Positions 34,743-46,520 are shown, counted from the first letter of the whole stretch. The stretch is 63,605 bases of DNA, filler included, from Stramenopiles sp. TOSAG23-6 (GCA_900128565.1; 11 parts of 11 records of this genome joined end to end with filler, not necessarily neighbours in it); one strand, 5' to 3'. Notes: generated by a model from the letters alone, not told the origin. Translations and numbers: made by a program.

Positions 34743-37512
34743 TCAAGTTTTGTATTTTATCTGCATTCCATCAATAATTTCATCCTCTGCTTCAGAATTC
34801 AACTTTCTAGCCTGCGCAACCAGTGAAGTGACTGCCGTACTACTCTTTTTTGACTTTTCTGGTATAAAAAAAGACTTTGGACGAGGTTTAATGGTTGGTG
34901 GTTGACGTTTTTTTGGACTTCGATTCTCAAATCCATTGGGTAGCATCATTCTTAACATGTCAATGTATATTGGGTCAAGTAAATCTTTACCTGTACGAAG
35001 TAGTACACCGAGTGATGGTCCGAGATGATCCCAACCAATATCACTAAGACCTGTACTTGTGAGAGCTTGGCAGTTATTCAGCAACGCAATGGCTACTTCT
35101 TCTAACTGTTCAGGATGCCATAAAGTTTTTGCATTTGCTTCAGCATCGACACGTTGGCAAATCTTCGCTACAAGACTTGCGATAAATTCATCTTTCATCT
35201 GCTCAGAACACGTTGGAATATATCGACCTAAATTTCGTAGTACATCAATGACAACTTTATGTGATGGGTCTTGTGTCAGTCGTAAAAGTTCCTCTTTTAG
35301 CTTTGGTTTCATAGGCTTATAAGGTTCATTCGAATCGTATGACATTGTCAAAACAATTACAGCCTTGACGCTGCTTTTACGGACTTCGGTATCTTTATCT
35401 CTACAAAGGATGTGTAATGATGGCATGACTTTTGTCTCTTGATCTTTATCGGAAACCACGGGTGCAACAACCGCAAGCAATAAAGTAACTTTTACACGTA
35501 CAGCTGTAGATGGATGTGCTGCAATATCACTTAATACAGATAATAATTGTTGTGCTGTAGCACTATCACTAGACAAATCCATAAACACCTTTTCTACTAC
35601 AGGGTATTGACGAGAACGCCAACCATTATTTTCTAAAGCAACACCCACAAGAGTATCCGCAATAAATCGTTTGATATAAACATGTGGTAACTCAACTAGA
35701 ACAGCACGTGTATACACTGGGAGAATTCTTTCTAATAAAAGATCTTTTTCGCGAATTTCAATTTCACCGCCCGATTGATTGTGAACTCGATTTGGTCCCA
35801 TCAAACTGGTATCACTGAGTACAGCTGCTTTACGTGCAGCCGTTGATGCAGCTTGCCACCATTCACAGCGCAATGTTTCATTAGGAATAGAATTTTCATT
35901 TCGGCCTAATATGGAAAGAAATGCGGCGGATGGTTTCCTCTTCTCTTGACCCTCCAACATTCCCATTGTTGCAAGAAATAAAGGACGTACAACGTTAAGT
36001 GTAAAAGATTCTCCAAAACTATGACAAAAACTACGAAACACTTTCACAAAACATAATTGATGTCTCTTAGAATCACCAGACTCAGATGTATTTTGTGAAA
36101 ACATATTTCAAAAAAAAATGATTAGGTACAAAATTTTCATAGTAAAAACAAAAGTGAGATGNATAATGAAAACGTATAGACAACATAAATACAATAACAA
36201 ATTAGGAAGCACAAGTTGGCAAATGCTACGAAATTCTGGCCATTCCAATGCATCCAAAGTTCCAATATTTTCAATATTCGATGCAATCATGTTTTTGGTG
36301 TCTAATCGGAATACAACATCAACTGCCGATATTTCACTATTATAGCCTAATTTCTTAGCTGCGCGAAATATCCAGCCTGGTGCATTATCTAAAGAAAATA
36401 TTTTCTTTTTAAGAATCGGAGCAGCGGTTGTCAATGCATATAATAAGTGGTCAAGCTTTAATGTTTTTTTTTTTAATTTATACGCAACTGTTGTGCTTAA
36501 AATATAGTCATCTTCCGATTTACTTTCAGTCAACAAATCTATGCAAGAAGACAAGTTCACTTCGGTCTTTGAATCCATTGTATTTCTAATTTGAGTCAGT
36601 AAAACTTCAACAATACCTTCATGATTAAAAATAGTACCATAAGAATAGAAAAATATTTCAAAAAAAAAAAACTAAAATTTGTTAGGTACAAAAATTTTTT
36701 ACCAAAAAAAAAAATTCAATTTTAAATTGAAAAACAAATAAAACATACATTCAATTTTAATTTATTTAGAAAATAAAACATACATTTACATTCTGATATT
36801 CTATCAGAAGAGGAAGAATATTTTCAATGGCTATCTGGGGTATTTCTTCTACATCTGAGAGAAGTGTCAGAAATAATTCACCAAGTATTTTAGTAAAATG
36901 CATTTTACAGTACTTTTGAATATTCTTATTACTGTCTAAAACTTCTAAGTCTATTTTGTGAACTAGTGTAGATTTGTGTAATACTGTTTTTAGTAATGAA
37001 CTTAGTGCTTCCAATGCAGCTTTTCGAACTTGTAATGATTTTTCAATCCTATGTGAGCACATAGTCACTAAACTTGGTACTAACTCACTAAATACAACAA
37101 TTGGATCACATGAAGGAATAATCGCAAGCGCAAGTGATGCAGCCTGAATTCTACGCTCTCGAAAGCGTTCCTTACATTGTTGGCTTATCGCGACGATAAT
37201 TTCCTCAGAGGTCCGTTTTCTACCAATTACTCCTGATAGATTTGATATTCTTGTACATAACTCATTGCGTTCATACTCATTCGGTCGTGGGATCAAGGAA
37301 ATTAAAGATTTGATTAAACCTAATGAAACTTTTTCTCCTTGAGGCATAAGAGCAATACAACGAACTAGAAGTGGGGCCAGTGAAGATCTTTCGCTGATGA
37401 CCATTCCTGATACTAGACTAGGCAATTGTTGAGATAAGAAAAGAATTAATTCTGTTTCTCTACTTTGTGTAAATTTCGTGTATTCTTCTGACGTATCTCT
37501 ACAATTCAGTTT
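34743..37512 (-). CDS. HEAT-repeat protein, RELCH/KIAA1468-like, 5'-partial, at least 3 exons
   Basis: LAPLLV...LISLIPRPNEYER...IGRKRTSEEII...ERR resembles RELCH from recall; downstream HEAT repeats. Confidence 0.65.
36088..36177 (-). other. Motif-family intron best read as AT-AC
   Basis: CT|ATACGTTTT...GTACCTAAT...AAAATAC|A; flanking ORFs share a frame, so the length must be 3n. Confidence 0.6.
36639..36783 (-). other. GT-AT intron, motif family, with a duplicated internal donor at 36748
   Basis: AAT|GTATGTTTT...TTCTTAT|GGT; phase 0 restores frame. Confidence 0.75.
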
Positions 37513-37677
37513 ACGTATTGTTAAAAAATATTTCAAAAAAAAATCGTTAGGTACGAAATTTCGTATGAAAAAAAAATNNNNNNNNNNNNNNNNNNNNNNN
37601 NNNNNNNNNNNNNNNNNNNNNTTAATTAATTAANNNNNNNNNNNNNNNNNNNNNNNNNNNNNNNNNNNNNNNNNNNN

Positions 37678-37856
37678 TCCTAGCTAAGTATTAATTTTTC
37701 AAAATACATTCCTAGCTAAGTATTAATTTTTCAAAATACATTCCTAGCTAAGTATTAATTTTTCAAAATACATTCCTAGCGAAGTATTAATTTTTCAAAA
37801 TATCTTCCTAGCGAAGTATTAATTTTTCAAAATACATTCCTAGCTAAGTATTAATT
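37678..37856 (+). repeat. 32-bp tandem repeat, about 5.5 copies
   Basis: Unit TCCTAGCTAAGTATTAATTTTTCAAAATACAT at a contig start. Confidence 0.9.
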
Positions 37857-38023
37857 ATAGTAATGGTTATTGTAATTTCGACTTTTCTGAAATATTTTCG
37901 ACTTCCGACTTCGACTTGACTTCAACGGTCGACAGTTATTTGGCCGAATTTCATCTCAACACCGACACCGAACGCCGAACTGAACATCTACAATTCTGGT
38001 TACAATTAGCTTCATAGATTAGA

Positions 38024-39438
38024 ATGGTTCTTAGAGGTTCGGTAACGAAGCCTGATGTTGGTGTAAAGGAAGTTTTACGGAAGTCCAGTGATGCAATTAT
38101 CGAACGTAAGGCTAAGGAAGCTGCTTTTCATATAGAGTCGGAAGCGTTATGGACCCGCTTAGAAAAAACAGCGGAGAATCAACAGGAATTAACACAGGCG
38201 GAACTTTATTCCTTAATTCATCGCCTACATTCACGAATCCAGTTGTTGGAGGATGAAAGAATTGCCGCTGAAAAGTATGCGGAAGAACAATATGCCGATG
38301 TCACCCGTGTTTTCAAGCAGCTACTCTGCGGCGGTCTCGCCGGTTGTGTAGCTCGAAGTTGTGTAGCACCAATTGATAGAACGAAGATTCTTTTACAGAC
38401 TCAAGCATTGACATTTGCTAACGAGGGTAAAGTTAGTGGACCAAAGTATCGGGGAATATTCCATACATGGCGTGTTATAATCAAGGAGGAAGGATTCAAA
38501 AAGTTATGGCGTGGAAACGGAGTTAATTGCATACGTGTAGCTCCGTATGCCGCTACTCAATTTGCTTCCTATGACTTTTACAAATCTTTAATATCTAGTA
38601 ATGAAAATCTTACAATCCCCAAACGTTTATTATGTGGTGCATTAGCTGGTGCAACTGCTACAACAATAACACACCCTCTAGATGTTATTCGGCTTAGATT
38701 AGCAGTATGTTTTATTCTTTTTCAAATTCGAATTTTTTTTTCGTACGAAATTTTGTACCTAACGAATTTTTTTTTAAATATTTTTCCAAAAAACATGTTA
38801 CACCAAGTCTTGATGGTTTTCAGGATGCATTACGTCACGTAGTCAAGGAAAATGGATTTCGTTCCTTATACAAAGGTTATGTACCCACATTACTTTCATT
38901 GTCTCCATTTATAGCGATTAATTTCTCCGCGTTTGATATTTTCAAAAGGATTGCCTATCCTGAAGGTCCATCTGGAGGTTGGTCAGCCCATGTACGTTTT
39001 CAACATTCATTTTTTTTTCAATTTTTTTTAGTACGAAAATTTGTACCTAACGAATTTTTTTTCGTACAAAAATATATATTTTTTTCATTTTTTTTTTCAT
39101 ACGAAATTTTGTACCTAACGATTTTTGTACTACAAACATTTTTTTTCACAAAACATCCTTTTCTTACTTTAACTTTGGGTGGTTGTGCAGGTCTTGTTGC
39201 ACAAAGCTGTTGCTATCCACTAGATACTGTCCGACGACGAATGCAATTACCTGGTACGCATTATAAATCTGTGTGCGATGCTTTTGCTACTATACCAAAG
39301 AAAGAAGGGATAAGAGGTTTATACAAGGGTATGCTGCCAAATGCGGTAAAGATTGTACCTAATAATGGAATTCGTTTCTTGGCATATCAGTTTTTTAAAG
39401 ATATTTTTGGTGCAGAAAAGAAAAAATATGAAAAATAG
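38024..39438 (+). CDS. Mitochondrial carrier (SLC25) protein, 3 exons
   Basis: Three Px[DE]xx[KR] motifs: PIDRTK, PLDVIR, PLDTVR. Confidence 0.92.
38705..38796 (+). other. GT-AT intron, motif family
   Basis: GCA|GTATGTTTT...AAAAACAT|GTT; RLRLA-VTPSL. Confidence 0.85.
38992..39156 (+). other. GT-AT intron, 165 nt, in-frame and stop-free, with two copies of the motif
   Basis: CAT|GTACGTTTT...AAAACAT|CCT; removes a poly-Phe insert from carrier repeat 3. Confidence 0.8.
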
Positions 39439-39702
39439 TTTTTTAAAGATATTTTTAGTACAGAAAAGAAAACAAATGAAAATATATACATAGAGTATAG
39501 CATACATAAGTTATAATACTACAATAGTAAAATTCCAATAGTTTTAATAATGATAATAAATGAAACATACAATTTATTTATTTTACAATTTATTACAAGA
39601 GAAAAAAGGTACAAATGTAAGATAAAATGAACAATGAATGGAGGAATTTTAAATGTAAGACAAAGTGAACAATGAATAGAGGGATTATAATGACATTATA
39701 AT

Positions 39703-40311
39703 TTACTCTGAAGCTTGTTGCCGACGCTCTGCGCGCTTTGCATGTGCACGTTCAAGATTGGGTGGTAGAGGACTTTCTGGAAGCTGTGAAATTTTCCCCT
39801 CGAAGAGTTCTTTACGCTTCAGGTTTTGCCATCGACCGACTATCTTTCCAATAGTTTCATAAGAATCTAATTTTGATAAATCAATTGTAGCATTCTCATC
39901 AAAATGCAGTGGCTCAAGCTTATATGGCTCTCTGAAATGAATTATCACCTTTTGTCCCATGCAACTTGGTTTTTCCACTGTGTAGTCTGAGGGGCCAAGT
40001 CCAAGCACCGTACACCACTTTACAATGAATATCATTTCTTCCTCCCAATGATCCATCAAATATTCGTATGATTCATACGACGCACCAACAAAAGAAACGC
40101 TTTCACAATAGTTCATTCCATCCAACGTAAGTCTGATGAAATAGATCCCACCATCGCGTGTCTTGAACTCACCTTCGCGTTCGCTGTCATACTTTTCAAC
40201 ACCCACACATCGATAGCGACAGCAGTTTGTGTACGGAATGATGCCCAATGGGTCAAATACCTTGGATAAGCGTGCAGCGAGCTTTTCATTCAATTCTTTC
40301 CAATTATCCAT
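39703..40311 (-). CDS. Hypothetical protein, 202 aa, intronless
   Basis: Clean ORF with no recognised motif. Confidence 0.55.
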   Translation of the reverse strand: MDNWKELNEKLAARLSKVFDPLGIIPYTNCCRYRCVGVEKYDSEREGEFKTRDGGIYFIRLTLDGMNYCESVSFVGASYESYEYLMDHWEEEMIFIVKWCTVLGLGPSDYTVEKPSCMGQKVIIHFREPYKLEPLHFDENATIDLSKLDSYETIGKIVGRWQNLKRKELFEGKISQLPESPLPPNLERAHAKRAERRQQASE

Positions 40312-40714
40312 TTATTACGATTTTGTTGAAAGCCTTTCGCAGAAGTCCAAGAAACAGAATCAGAGTTCGTATTCGTAATACGTGATTGTGGTGATTGTGT
40401 CTTTTCTTTGTGCAAGCAATTGGCTTTTGGCCAAAGAGATTTGCTTTTTCGGAGGTTTTCTAACCACGACGTCGACGTGTTCACATTTTTAAGTCCTACA
40501 CAGTTATATTTTTGATAATTTTTTTTTATTACTTTTATGAGTAGAAAAAATATGAAAATTAGTTTTTTAAAGATATTTTTGATGCAGAAAAGAAAACAAA
40601 TGAAAATATATACATAGAGTATAGCATACATAAATTATAATATCTAAATAATGATAATAAATGAAACATACAATTTATTTATTTTTTCGTACGAAATATC
40701 GTACCTAACATTTT

Positions 40715-41480
40715 TTATAACGAAATATCCGAATTCCAAGTAGTATCATTATGAATACATATCTTTGTCGTAGCATAATTTTCTATAGCTTCCTCCACAG
40801 TCCACTGGCGTTTCCCCAAGTGAGCACTGACATTATTATGCATGTATTGTGAAAAAAATGTCAAATTTGAAATTTATTAGATACCCCAAAAAAACCTTTT
40901 GACTTTCATATGGAGAAAAAATAAATAATTTCAAGATGAAAACGTACATTTTTACTATAAACGAGCGTAATCGTATACGCGAGGAACATGCTAAATCTAG
41001 ATCAATATCCTTCAAGTATTCCTTTAGATGGTATCCACAATCACCACATGGTAACATATATGGAAGACTTACAAAAAATGTTTTGCAGTGATCAATATGA
41101 GCCATGTCTGGCTTGTCACTAAAATTTGCAGCCATTGTATGAAGTAAATTCCATGCAACAGGACCCCAAGCTATTGGCTCAGCACTAACAACAGAAGTAC
41201 ATGTCTTCGCCCCTCGCTGAAGGGCACTACCTATTTCAGAACTACCCGTAGCCGACAGTGCAATATCATTTGACGCAGGTAAACATACCCTGGCCGAGTT
41301 GTCTTTTCTATTTGCGTTTTTTGAGCTACGCAGTGCGAGTGTGTCATATCCTGGACTAGACCAAAGCCACGCAATTCTTATAAATAATATAAGAGTACAC
41401 ACAAGAGCACCATACTTTAATTTTACATACTTTTGGGTCATTCGTTTTGAATTATCCATCGTTGCTTGAGAATATATCAT
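40715..41480 (-). CDS. Erv1/Alr-family sulfhydryl oxidase with N-terminal TM anchor, 2 exons
   Basis: WGPVAWNLLH, LPCGDC, and spliced KMHNNVS. Confidence 0.85.
40842..40947 (-). other. GT-AT intron (GTATCTAAT variant)
   Basis: AT|GTACGTTTT...CAATACAT|G; restores the HNxV motif. Confidence 0.85.
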
Positions 41481-41812
41481 ATTCCTACTGGTTGTGTGTG
41501 AGTGTTGTTGTTGTTGGCCTGCAGCCTGCAAGCGAGAATGATGTTGATATCATTTTATGATGTCAGTCAGTCTTTTTTTTTTACCGCGATAAATAATTAT
41601 GGAACAAACATGCTTTTTTTTATTATATTATTTCGATTTAATTTTCGAACTTTTCGAACAGACAGTCGTATCTTGGTATCTTCATCATCTTCGCGAACTT
41701 GTGACGCAGCAAAATTCAATAATACAGTGGGATCTTTCACAACTTCACGTGTTATAGACTTCGTTTTATAATTTAAGCAAAGAAGCAGAGAATAATAAGA
41801 AAACTTAAAAGT

Positions 41813-43256
41813 ATGCCTCGTGGAGTGAAAGCGGTATCCGCCACCAAAAGTAAACAAAAGGCAACAAAGAAGACTCGGAAAAAAACTGCGGCTGATGTAA
41901 TAACAAAAAAAAAAGCACGAAGAAAAAAAACAAACAAACCAAAGATTTCTTCTTCCCTTTCCCACAAAACGCTGGTAGACGATTTGAAGCACGTTCGAGA
42001 TTTTGCTATTACGCTTAGACATAAAGCAAAGTTTTATTTACCACCCACACTCCCAGAACTTGGTATCTTTGACGCAAAAGAAGTTATTCAAAAATCTCCA
42101 TCAAAAATGCTCGATGAGATTGATTGCCTCATATCAAGTTTACTCTCAACGGTACTTGGTGGAGGAAGTTTACATTTACGTATACCAAGTCGAAGTGCAT
42201 CCAACCAAGTATACGTCAAAGAATTGCATCGGATTGTTTTAAAAAGTAAATTTCTCGTTCGTAATTTTGACTCCGTCGCAGGTTGTCGAAAAATGGCCAT
42301 TATGATACGTGTTCTAGAACTGATGTATCAAGTACTCACTAAAGGTATTCACATTACAAAGCGTGATCTTTTCTATACTGATGTAAAACTATTCAAAAAG
42401 CAAGAAGAATCTGATGGTGTTCTTGATGACATTGCTTGTGTATTGGGCTCTACTAGAACGTATGTTTTATTTTTTTTTGAATTTCGAATTTATTTTTTTT
42501 CGTACGAAATTTTGTACCTAACAATTTTTTTTTTTTTTTTTTTGAAATATTTTTTCACAATACATGTGTCTCGGAGTCGTTGCATCCGAGAAGGGCGTTG
42601 TTGTTGGTAGAATTAGTTTCAAAGAAGCAGGCGATGTCATTGACTGTACTAAAATGGGCGTATCAGGGAAAGCTGTACCTGCATATATAGATCGACTCAC
42701 TGATTTAAAATCAGATGCAGAGTTTGTACTTTTGATTGAGAAAGATGCTGCGTATATGCGGTTAGCTGAGGATCGTTTTTATAATAAATACCCATGTATT
42801 CTTATTACCGCAAAAGGACAACCGGATGTCGCTACTCGTCTATTTCTAAGAAAAATACACGATGAATTACATTTACCAATATTAGGCTTATTTGATGCAG
42901 ATCCTTATGGTCTGAAAATTCTCTCTGTGTATGGTGCTGGTTCTCGAAGTATGAGTTATGATAGTGCTAGTCTTGCTACACCAGGGATAAAGTGGTTAGG
43001 TGTTAGACCGTCAGACTTGAATAAATATAACATTCCAGAGCAATGCAGACTTCCAATGACAGATGCAGATATTAAAGCTGGAAAAGATATGTTAGAAGAT
43101 CCATTAATATCATCCAATCCGGCTTGGCATAAAGAATTAAAACTAATGGTCAAATCAAAGATGAAGGCAGAAATTCAGGCTTTATCAGCGTTTGGCTTTC
43201 AATATTTGACTGAAGAATATTTACCACGTAAAATTCGAGAGGGTGATTGGATATGA
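41813..43256 (+). CDS. TOP6A: DNA topoisomerase VI subunit A (SPO11-3 type), 2 exons
   Basis: [37 protein letters not shown]. Confidence 0.92.
42460..42565 (+). other. GT-AT intron, motif family
   Basis: AC|GTATGTTTT...CAATACAT|G; gives [15 protein letters not shown], colinear with the family pattern GCTRSSLxVVASEKG. Confidence 0.9.
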
Positions 43257-43336
43257 AAATTAAAGTATACTTCCAATTGAATTTTAAAATCTTACTTTAT
43301 AAGTTAAACTATATACAAAATAGTATAATATTGTGG

Positions 43337-45029
43337 CTATGAACTACTGCTTTCACTATTGGGCTCCTCACTTGTATGACTTGAATTATTACTCTCCTCA
43401 TCATCAGCAGCTACCATTTGTTTCTTAGATGCAAACTTGTCAACATTTGCAACATCTTTACCAGCTGCACAATCTTTGATCCATTGAATTTGTTCCAACT
43501 CCCATTGCTCCTCTTTCAGTAATACTTTCTCTGCCATTCTAACACGTTTTTGGTGCTCTTCCGGTATATATGGCCACCATGCAGGGACAGCATTACACTT
43601 TTGTCTCCACTCGCGCAGAAGTGCAAGCTCCTTTATCCTCTCTTTCATTTCTGTTGGGTGGGGTTTTTCTATTTTTTCGCCGTATACTATCATAAATATT
43701 GTTCCACGCCTTGGTGTTGTTGGGCGTTCCTCTGGTAACGTTGGCATACTCAAAGGATTTCCTTTCCAGTTGTACTTTTTCGTAAACCAGTCTCTCAACT
43801 CAGGCGATTTCGACATAAAATCAAGGGAGTTGCGAAGCAAAATCAGCCAATTTCCATTACCCCACATAAATGGAGTTTTTTCGGCTTCTTCGCAAATTTT
43901 AGGAGCCACAAAGCGACATTGTTCTTCATCCTGATATCCAGCACGTCGCCATGCAACCTTTACAAGTTGGTTACGCCATGTCACAAGTGTTTCAATAGCA
44001 TCAAGTGTATATGTATTTTAGAAAAATATTTCAAATTTGTTTTTGTTAGGTACAAAATTTCGTACGAAAAACAAATTCATACAAAAAAAAAATAAAACAT
44101 CCATCCTCGAAGTGTACAAAGATATTTCGTTGTTTTCTTAAATGCTCTTTGTTTTTCAGTGTTCACAATTGCTGTGGTGTATATAGTTGAAGCATTTTTT
44201 ATCATTTCTTGTAATTCTTGTAGTGCCTCTTCGTGTTTCATTATTTTTTCTAAAAGCGATGATTCTAATTCTTTGATTTGATTCGACTCTTTTTGTCGAA
44301 TATTTAATTCTTCTTTATCAAAATCTTTTGTATTTGTCTCATTGGTTGGTTCGTATGTAGAATTAATGCAAGCTTCTGCAATTTTCATTCCAGCTTTCGA
44401 CCATTTTTTATCGTTTATTTTTGATATTTTTGATATTTTTTTTTTATTACTTTTATGAATCTTTCTACGAATATCATGTTTACCACTTAATTGTTGATGT
44501 TTTTTTATTCTATTAGTTTTTTTTTGTTTTGAATGGTCATTTGAATGCTTCTTGTTTGCATCCCACACTGTTTCATTACCATTTACGTTGATATCTACCC
44601 AAGGCTCTCTTGGGGGAGGCTGTATATACTTTTTTACTCTCTTTTTTTCTTTCAATGATGAAATTGGTTTTGACCAACGTTTTTCAAGAATATTTAATTT
44701 GTTGATTTCGTGAACAAAATGTCTCACAAATTCTTTTGGTGTTCGCATTTCACACTCCTCGAATTTATTCTCAAACTTCAATCCAAGAGATCTTCCATCA
44801 ACATAGATTATGAAAAAATATTTCAAAAAAAACTCGTTAGGTACAAAATTTTGTACGAAAAAAAAATAAATTCGAAATTAAAATGAAAACGTACATTCAC
44901 CCTAATAACTTTTGCAGGGTGCCAAATTTCTCCAACAATAGCTGGTGTAAACATTGATGGGGATCTAAATCTACTTTGCACGCGTTGGCCAACTTTGTAT
45001 CGCTTAGGTCTTCTTTTAATTGCCCTTGC
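43337..45029 (-). CDS. Hypothetical protein with a Tudor-like segment, 5'-partial, at least 3 exons
   Basis: Three ORFs joined in frame across family introns; YKVGQRVQSRF...WHPAKVIRVN-VDG. Confidence 0.6.
44011..44102 (-). other. Motif-family intron with apparent GG-AT ends
   Basis: GGAT|GGATGTTTT...AAAATACAT|AT; RG-Y-TLDAIE. Confidence 0.65.
44803..44894 (-). other. GT-AT intron, motif family
   Basis: AAT|GTACGTTTT...AATCTAT|GTT. Confidence 0.8.
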
Positions 45030-45286
45030 ATACGTTTTGGAAAAATATTTCAAAAAAAAAATCGTTAGGTACAAAATTTCGTACGAAANNNNNNNNNNNN
45101 NNNNNNNNNNNNNNNNNNNNNNNNNNNNNNNNTTAATTAATTAANNNNNNNNNNNNNNNNNNNNNNNNNNNNNNNNNNNNNNNNNNNNATTTTTTTTTCT
45201 AGGAATTTTCCATGTATTTTTTTTTTTTTTGTTTTTTTTTTTGTTTAGGTATAAAAATTTGTAAATAAATAAATAAGAAAACATAC

Positions 45287-46226
45287 CTAGACTTGTCGAA
45301 TTATCGACGCCTTTTTTATCATTTATATTAGTATTATCTACACCATTTGAAAACGTTGTAGCGATGCACCTTTATAGTAAAGAAATATCTCAAAAAAAAC
45401 AATTATTAGATACAGAATTTAAATTTTTTTTTTTTTTTTTTTTTTNNNNNNNNNNNNNNNNNNNNNNNNNNNNNNNNNNNNNNNNNAAATAAAAATACAT
45501 GAAAGTTTATTTTAATAAACATACCAATATATTGCAAGTATTATATTATATATTATATTTGAAATTAAATATTATAAACATTTACCACAAAAAAATGAAA
45601 GCACTGACGAATTCACGTCTGGACATCTTTTACATACATCCTCAACCCTAACCCTAATTCTAGTGTACAATAAAAAAAAAAAATACATTCAAACTCAACA
45701 AAGGTTGAATATCTGTAACTATTCCAGATATTTTTTGATTTTGAAACGCCACCAAAACGGCAGTTAATATTGTCAATAAATGAATACCTAGACGTATATA
45801 CATTTTGTAGGAAGAATATTGTTGTTTTGTAGACTGTATTTGAAAGACTTGATCCACGTGAGGGCAGGACATTTCCATGATTTCATTACTTTCGCTATTT
45901 TGAGTATTTATGTTTTTATTTAAATGTCGCACTCGATGATCCACGTTTTTCTCTTTATATATAGTTGTTTCAATTGAACCTGTTTCACTATTTATTAATG
46001 GGGAAATGTACGAAGTCGAAGGGAGCGACAAGTACGGTGAGGGAGAGTTCCATTGTAAAGAATTGGACGAATTGGAGGAAGAATTCATTTTCATTGGTGT
46101 TGAACGATGTTGGGGATACAATTGGTCCAAATCCCGCGGAAAAGAAGAAAGCTTTCTCATGTTACTTTCTTTTGATTGAGTTACTCTTTTGACATTCTGT
46201 GTTATACGTGTAATGCCCCACATCAC
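45287..46226 (-). CDS. Hypothetical membrane-anchored multi-exon protein, partial
   Basis: 188-aa ORF with a TM segment, followed by GTATGT donors near 45524 and 45286; exons unresolved. Confidence 0.35.
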
Positions 46227-46520
46227 TGGTGGAGTAAAATCTGAAAATATTGTAGCAGTCAGTCACACACTATTGTTGTAGTTTTGATCTTTTTTCGAAC
46301 ATTGTTTGACATTTCTGTAACCGTACATCCAACAAAAACACGAAATATAGCTAAAAAATATTAAAAATAGCCTTATGTCAATAAAAAAAAGCCAGTCTAG
46401 AGATAAAGGACTCGTTTTTTTGAGTTCCTTCCCTACAAGTGATACTTCTACCTTGTAGTACATATTCGATATATCTAATAATAATCATATNCTACACAAA
46501 CAAAAGAGACACGNATACCA

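Noticed and set aside
34605-34760. Short tandem duplications between convergent gene ends
   Set aside because: Ordinary local slippage in AT-rich 3' regions with no further structure
37678-37856. CRISPR array
   Set aside because: Head-to-tail units without unique spacers, eukaryotic context, no cas genes
42460-42565. Reading the family as U12-type or generally AT-AC introns (ATGTTTT...AATAC)
   Set aside because: That register breaks the frame in TOP6A and SLC25 intron 1, and the U12 ATATCCT/TCCTTAAC signals are absent
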